From Chthoniobacterales bacterium (GTDB taxonomy: Bacteria > Verrucomicrobiota > Verrucomicrobiia > Chthoniobacterales > UBA10450): 40,129 nt of DNA. Below, piece after piece: positions 35,664 through 40,129 of the stretch. The notes beneath the pieces were generated by a model. It worked only from the letters and a program-made list of their open reading frames with translations, was not told where the DNA came from and searched no databases. The stretch lies in contig JBBSGS010000001.1 of assembly GCA_038253875.1 (NCBI GenBank), positions 1 through 40,129 of the forward strand, in the 5' to 3' direction. The translations under genes were made by a program, and so were the position numbers. Position 1 is the stretch's first letter; each line of letters starts with the position of its first letter.

Positions 35664-37217
35664 CTACGCTTTCGCCTTCGGTTCGGGCGCTATATCCTGC
35701 AGCTGGCCGATTCGTTCCGGCAGCCCGGTAGTCAAACGCACGTAATCCGTCTGGCGCGGCCCGATCACGACCACGCCTTCGTTGGTGATGACATATTCGC
35801 GGATGTCTTTGCTGTGATTGCCGCCACGCATTTTGATAACGACGAGAACTTTGCGCAGTTGACCATCGATCTCCACGTAGCGCAGCCGGATAATGTCATC
35901 AGTCAGAAACGAAATGGCGTAACGACTGAACTCCATCGCCGTAAATGAATCCTCAACCTCGACGGTGGTGAAGATCGTCACGCCGGCTCCGGTCAACGCC
36001 GCAATCATGCGATAGAGCGATTCACGAAAGTCTTCCCGAAAACCAGGAGCGAGCGCCATCTCAAAGCCCACCAGAGAGTCGATCACCAGCCGTTTGGCAT
36101 CCACCCTTTTCACCGCATCGAGAATCTCCTGCATCGTTTCGTCGACGGAGAGGTCCAATGGACGGAGGTAGAGCAGCTCGAGCTTCCCTTTTTTTAGCGG
36201 CCCCTCCAGATCCAGACCAAAACCCTTGGCTCGCGCCGCGTAGCCTAGGGGACGTTCCTCGAAGATCGCCGCAATGCCGGGTTCCCCGTTACGCAGGCCT
36301 TCGGCGAGAAATTGGGTCGCGAGGGCCGATTTGCCCGTTCCAGATGGGCCGGACACGAGCACGCTGTCGCCTTCTCGGATGCCACCGCCCATCATCTTGT
36401 CCAGCTCGGGAATGCCGATGGAAAGACGCCGCGGCCGGGCCGGTCTCTCCTTTTTTTTCCCGGCCAGGCCCAAGGTGCGTGAGAATGCTTGCAGCCCGTC
36501 GCCGCTGATGCGGATGGTGTGCAGGCCCGGGACCGATTCCTGCCCACGCAGTTTCATGATCTGGAGCTTCCGCACCACGGAATTGCGTTCCACATTTTGC
36601 GTGAGCCAGAAGAGGCCATCGGCCACCGTGAACACGGGATTGTCGCGCATCTCGGATTCCATATATTCTCCGATCAAAAATGTGGTGGCCTGCCAGGCGG
36701 TTAATTGCAGGGCGAGGCGCTGAATGAAGCCTTGCAGTTCCAGTTCCGTGGTATTGCCCATCGCTTTACGCACCACGGTGCGAAAAGAGTCCACCACCAC
36801 CATGCTGGGATTGGATGCCTGCACTTCCCGGTCGATTTCATCCAGCACCCCGCCCAGATCTTTCTCCATGACCACGTGGCTCAGGTTGACGAAGCGGATG
36901 GATTTCCCCAACTTCGCCGGATCGAAGAAGGAATATTGCTGCTGGTAACGCAGCATTTTCAGGGCGGGTTCGCCGAGCACGGTGAAATAGAGCGCGGGCT
37001 TCTGCGGGGTCGCATTGGCAAAGAGGATCTGATGTGCCAGCGTCGTTTTCCCGCAACCCGGCGCGCCCGCGATGATGTTGAAGGAGAATTCCGGCAGCCC
37101 ACCACCCATGATCTCATCGAGGCCGCGAACGCCGGTCGGCAGTTGGCGGATTTTCACTTTCTCCAGCGGAGTTGCTTTTGGGGAGGGCTCGCGTGACACG
37201 ATTTTTTTTCTCTTCAT
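35664..37217 (-). CDS. KaiC-like double RecA-superfamily ATPase (orphan; no KaiA/KaiB nearby)
   Basis: There are two domains with Walker A motifs GAPGCGKT and GPSGTGKS. KaiC-like GLDEIMGGGLP and ELDKMMGGGI openers are present, and IMKLRG / VIKMRG motifs. I prefer the start at ATG 37217, which overlaps the stop of the upstream ORF as ATGA. Confidence 0.85.
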   Translation of the reverse strand: MKRKKIVSREPSPKATPLEKVKIRQLPTGVRGLDEIMGGGLPEFSFNIIAGAPGCGKTTLAHQILFANATPQKPALYFTVLGEPALKMLRYQQQYSFFDPAKLGKSIRFVNLSHVVMEKDLGGVLDEIDREVQASNPSMVVVDSFRTVVRKAMGNTTELELQGFIQRLALQLTAWQATTFLIGEYMESEMRDNPVFTVADGLFWLTQNVERNSVVRKLQIMKLRGQESVPGLHTIRISGDGLQAFSRTLGLAGKKKERPARPRRLSIGIPELDKMMGGGIREGDSVLVSGPSGTGKSALATQFLAEGLRNGEPGIAAIFEERPLGYAARAKGFGLDLEGPLKKGKLELLYLRPLDLSVDETMQEILDAVKRVDAKRLVIDSLVGFEMALAPGFREDFRESLYRMIAALTGAGVTIFTTVEVEDSFTAMEFSRYAISFLTDDIIRLRYVEIDGQLRKVLVVIKMRGGNHSKDIREYVITNEGVVVIGPRQTDYVRLTTGLPERIGQLQDIAPEPKAKA

Positions 37218-37705
37218 ACCTTTTCCTCTGTCAAACTTGATATCTCCCATTTCGGCCAAATCTCGTAGACCAACTGCATCGTTAAAGCCGGGCCAATGAA
37301 AATCACGAGCAAGCCGAGCAATTGCCCCACGAGGAAGACTTCGCCCTCAGCGATAGCGTCCGCGCCGAGCGCCGCCTCCAGCCCGTCCAGATCCCAACAG
37401 CCGCCCGCCTTGATCTTGAGTGTCAGGAGCCAGGGAAGCTCCGCGCCGGCGAGCGACTGGGCGCGCGAGAGAAGCGAGCGAAAGCCGTCGACGCCCAGTA
37501 ATTTGCCGAGCGGCTCGCGCAACTTCTCACAGACACGAAAGGCCCCAGAATCCTCATCTACGGAGGGGTTGTCCGCTGTCACCTCGAAAGCCAGCAAGCG
37601 TCGCGCGAATCCCGTCGGCATTGCTGGGGTGGTGTCGAGCATGGGTTGCAAAATAAATGTCGCCGTCTGTTGCACCGTGAGCGGGAGAGGCATTATCCCC
37701 ATCAC
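37214..37705 (-). CDS. hypothetical 163-aa protein translationally coupled to the KaiC-like gene
   Basis: Codon usage is coding-like. Its stop overlaps the KaiC-like ATG (plus-strand tcat at 37214-37217). I recognise no family, and it is not KaiB-like (no thioredoxin-like pattern). Confidence 0.5.
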   Translation of the reverse strand: MMGIMPLPLTVQQTATFILQPMLDTTPAMPTGFARRLLAFEVTADNPSVDEDSGAFRVCEKLREPLGKLLGVDGFRSLLSRAQSLAGAELPWLLTLKIKAGGCWDLDGLEAALGADAIAEGEVFLVGQLLGLLVIFIGPALTMQLVYEIWPKWEISSLTEEKV

Positions 37706-37824
37706 CGACTCCGATTCAACCGGAAACGCAACCCTCCCGGCGGTGAAGGCCTATCTCGGCCAGTCGCCGCCTGAACTGCTGGCCAGCCACACTCATCGTG
37801 GTTCTGGGACCCGCTCAGCCCGCG

Positions 37825-38826
37825 CTAAGACGACAGCTTCCTCCGCAAAGAATGATACTTGGTACGGAGGCGGTGCCGAAAATGGAATGGCCGCAGATAC
37901 TGCAGATAGGGCGGCAGGTGCGCCCATTTTTCCGGGAGCCGGCGCAGGGTTTTGATTTCGAGACACCACTCGACTACGCGGTGGAAGCAGGCCCGCTCTG
38001 CAAACCAGTCGTCCCAAGCCGCACGCGCCCGCCGGCCCATCGCGACCGCTTCGCCTTCCCGTTCATCAAGAATTGGGAGAATGCGCTCAAGCTCGCTCTC
38101 CCCGATGCGGATGCTGAATTGATCCCAGGCCGGTCCACTCGGCTCCACCCATTGATCGGAAAGAATCACCGGCACCCGGCCCATTCGCATGACGTCGAAA
38201 AGACGCACGCTCGAGGGCGAAAGACCTCGCGGGCAAAGGACGAACTTGCTCGCCCCTATACTCTCGGCGTAGCGCTGCCAGTAGGCGCGCATCTCCGTCG
38301 CTCCCCATTCTCCCCCCAGAACGCGAGTCTGATCGCTCGCGGTGTCCCGGAAAAACCCGCGCGGGTGCTCCAGCCCGCGCAAGCGCCGCCGCACCGGCGC
38401 AGTCGCGATCGAGCCCAAAAAACTGTAGAGCCAGGGCAAGTCGTCGGCTGGCTCCGAGAAAGCGACAAACTCATTCTCCGAGACGCCAAGATAGGAGCCG
38501 GCGCGCGTGCGATCTGTCGCCCAGCGGCGCTCGATCGAAGTGTACACTCCGGGCAAAAACGGAATCGCGTAGGGCGTGGAGGAAAAAAGAAAGCACTTTT
38601 CCCGATAGTGCCTAACGAGTGGATGCTTTCTCACTTTCTCAAAATAGGGACCGGCGCCGTGCAGCTCGGCGAAGAGAATGATCTCAGCTGCCGCCGGGTC
38701 GTTAGTCAGTGAATGAATTTGAAACGCGTCGGCCTGCGCGCTTCGCTTTAATCCGCGGTAAGCGCCGCCGTTGAAGTCACTGTCGCCATCGCCGCTGGCG
38801 ACAGAGAGGAGGAACACTTTAGCCAT
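37825..38826 (-). CDS. exostosin-family (GT47-like) glycosyltransferase
   Basis: The C-terminal block SKFVLCPRGLSPSSVRLFDVMRMGRVPVILSDQWVEP is characteristic of exostosin-type GTs. Confidence 0.75.
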   Translation of the reverse strand: MAKVFLLSVASGDGDSDFNGGAYRGLKRSAQADAFQIHSLTNDPAAAEIILFAELHGAGPYFEKVRKHPLVRHYREKCFLFSSTPYAIPFLPGVYTSIERRWATDRTRAGSYLGVSENEFVAFSEPADDLPWLYSFLGSIATAPVRRRLRGLEHPRGFFRDTASDQTRVLGGEWGATEMRAYWQRYAESIGASKFVLCPRGLSPSSVRLFDVMRMGRVPVILSDQWVEPSGPAWDQFSIRIGESELERILPILDEREGEAVAMGRRARAAWDDWFAERACFHRVVEWCLEIKTLRRLPEKWAHLPPYLQYLRPFHFRHRLRTKYHSLRRKLSS

Positions 38827-38847
38827 TGGATACCGCGGGGCGCCCTT

Positions 38848-38937
38848 TGTAGACGTTTCGCTCTGCGAAACGCGAGGGAATAGATTGCTCGATTATTGCA
38901 CCGTTGTTCCCACGCATCGCGGAGCGAAGCGTCTACA
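38848..38937. repeat. two inverted copies of the same hairpin-repeat family flanking about 50 bp
   Basis: 38848-38872 is the reverse complement of CGTTTCGCAGAGCGAAACGTCTACA. 38922-38937 (GAGCGAAGCGTCTACA) is identical to 17025-17040. Confidence 0.7.
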
Positions 38938-40129
38938 ATAAGAGCAGCGACGGATTTTCGAGCAGATGCCGGAGCGCCTTGAGATAATGGGCCCCGATCG
39001 CGCCATCGACGACCCGATGGTCGCAGCTCATCCCGATCTTCATCTGGTAACCGGGGACAATCCCGCCGCGGTCGTCCACGACTGCTTGCCTAACGATCGC
39101 GCCGATCGAGAGAATGATCGCCTGCGGCGGGTTGATGACCGCGGAGAAATAATCGATGCCGTAGCTGCCGAGGTTCGAAACGGTGAGGGTGCCGCCCTGG
39201 AATTCCTCCGGTTTCATCCGCTTGTTGCGCGCGCGATGGGCGAGATCTTTGACCGCCGCGCTGATCTCGCGGAGGGACTTATTTTGCGCGCCGCGAATCA
39301 CCGGCGTGACGAGACCTTCCTCCATCGCCACGGCGACAGCGAGGTTGATGTCGCCGTAGTGGATGATGGCGTCGCCGTCGAAAGCGGCGTTCACTTTCGG
39401 CTCGCGCAAGGCCGCGACGACCGCGCCTTTGAGGATGAAGTCGTTGACCGTGATCCTGGTCGCATCCTCCTCTTCACCGCCGGATTTCAATTCGGCGCGA
39501 ACGCGCATGAGGGCGTCGGCGTTGATCTCGATGTTGAGGTAAAAATGCGGGACCGGACCGAGACTGGAGACGAGGCGTTCGGCAATGATTTTGCGCATGC
39601 CAGTGAGGCTGATGCGAGCGGTCTCGCCGGCGCTGATTTCTGGAACTGCAGCAACGGTTTTTTTCGCGGGCGCGGCTTTGGCTTCGGCGGGCGACGCCGC
39701 GGTTCCTGCGGCCGACACGGCTGCCTCTACATCTTTCTCGACGATTCTTGAGCCGGGGCCGGTGCCTTTGACGTTCGTTAGGTCGACGCCTTTTTCCGCC
39801 GCGATTTTGCGCGCGAGCGGCGAGGCTTTCACACGTTGCGTCTCGCCGTCATTCACGATCTCTTCCGTGGCACCTTTTTCCTTTGCGGGCGCCACGCCCG
39901 CCTCTACAGGCTCCGCCTTCTTTGGCTCCTCGGTTTTTGCGGGAGCAGTCTCTTCGCCTTTCGATTCCTCTTCCGCCTCTTTCTGTGATTCGGCCGGCGC
40001 TTCTTCGCCTTCGCCGGCGATGAAGGCGATCCGGTCGCCCACATTTACCTTGCAGCCTTCCTCGACGAAAATTTCCTTGAGCACGCCGTCGTCGGTCGCT
40101 TCCCACTCCATCGTTGCCTTGTCGGTCTC
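38933..40129 (-). CDS. dihydrolipoamide acyltransferase (E2 of a 2-oxoacid/pyruvate dehydrogenase complex); N-terminus runs off the window
   Basis: The lipoyl-lysine motif ETDKATMEWEA sits at the window edge. An Ala/Pro/Glu-rich linker follows, then the E3-binding segment SPLARKIAAEKGVDL. The catalytic domain ends in the ...DHRVVDGA motif. Confidence 0.9.
   Translation of the reverse strand, partial: ETDKATMEWEATDDGVLKEIFVEEGCKVNVGDRIAFIAGEGEEAPAESQKEAEEESKGEETAPAKTEEPKKAEPVEAGVAPAKEKGATEEIVNDGETQRVKASPLARKIAAEKGVDLTNVKGTGPGSRIVEKDVEAAVSAAGTAASPAEAKAAPAKKTVAAVPEISAGETARISLTGMRKIIAERLVSSLGPVPHFYLNIEINADALMRVRAELKSGGEEEDATRITVNDFILKGAVVAALREPKVNAAFDGDAIIHYGDINLAVAVAMEEGLVTPVIRGAQNKSLREISAAVKDLAHRARNKRMKPEEFQGGTLTVSNLGSYGIDYFSAVINPPQAIILSIGAIVRQAVVDDRGGIVPGYQMKIGMSCDHRVVDGAIGAHYLKALRHLLENPSLLLL

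Noticed and set aside
37214-37705. I considered whether the 163-aa ORF upstream of the KaiC-like gene is KaiB or KaiA.
   Set aside because: Its length and sequence do not fit the roughly 100-aa thioredoxin-like KaiB or the KaiA domains. It is left as an unknown partner.
1-40129. I considered HIP1-like over-representation of GCGATCGC.
   Set aside because: I counted only about 6 copies by eye, against a rough expectation of 1-2. This is a modest excess in GATC/CG-rich DNA and is not comparable to the CGTTAGG signal.
1-40129. I considered whether the abundant word is a Chi, KOPS or other replication-oriented signal.
   Set aside because: The orientation is 23:20 with no switch point along the window, whereas such signals are strongly strand-skewed. 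This cannot be fully excluded without the whole replichore.

Overview
This is a 40.1-kb GC-rich (roughly 60% by eye) bacterial chromosomal window. It carries mostly core and housekeeping genes: proB-proA, hflK-hflC, gpmI, ribE, aroD, a dGTPase-like gene and the PDH E2 gene. It also carries envelope and transport genes: an AI-2E permease fusion, an ADOP/MacB-type permease, a TonB-dependent receptor, an NhaD-like antiporter and an exostosin-type glycosyltransferase. The gene content suggests a soil Verrucomicrobiota- or Acidobacteriota-like organism, but that is inference only. I saw no rRNA, tRNA, CRISPR array, transposase or integrase.

The most striking signal is not a gene. A short non-palindromic word, T-CGTTAGG-C, occurs about 43 times (7-mer core) in both orientations, where roughly 5 are expected. 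It lies inside unrelated genes, in spacers, and three times supplies the stop codon. This resembles a DNA-uptake-sequence-like genomic signature that I cannot match to any described one.

Two segments lack the word entirely. The first is an 8.2-kb block (about 20.07-28.24 kb) with a TonB receptor, a His-rich membrane-TPR protein, a BTLCP-like peptidase and a secreted lectin-like protein. The second is a 4.6-kb block holding an orphan KaiC-like ATPase, a hybrid histidine kinase and an unknown 163-aa partner.

Other observations:
- Five single-base homopolymer indels are clustered in proB and an asparaginase gene.
- An alkaline-phosphatase homologue looks catalytically degenerate.
- There are several roughly 150-bp nested-hairpin intergenic elements and two small repeat families, one with a compensatory stem substitution.
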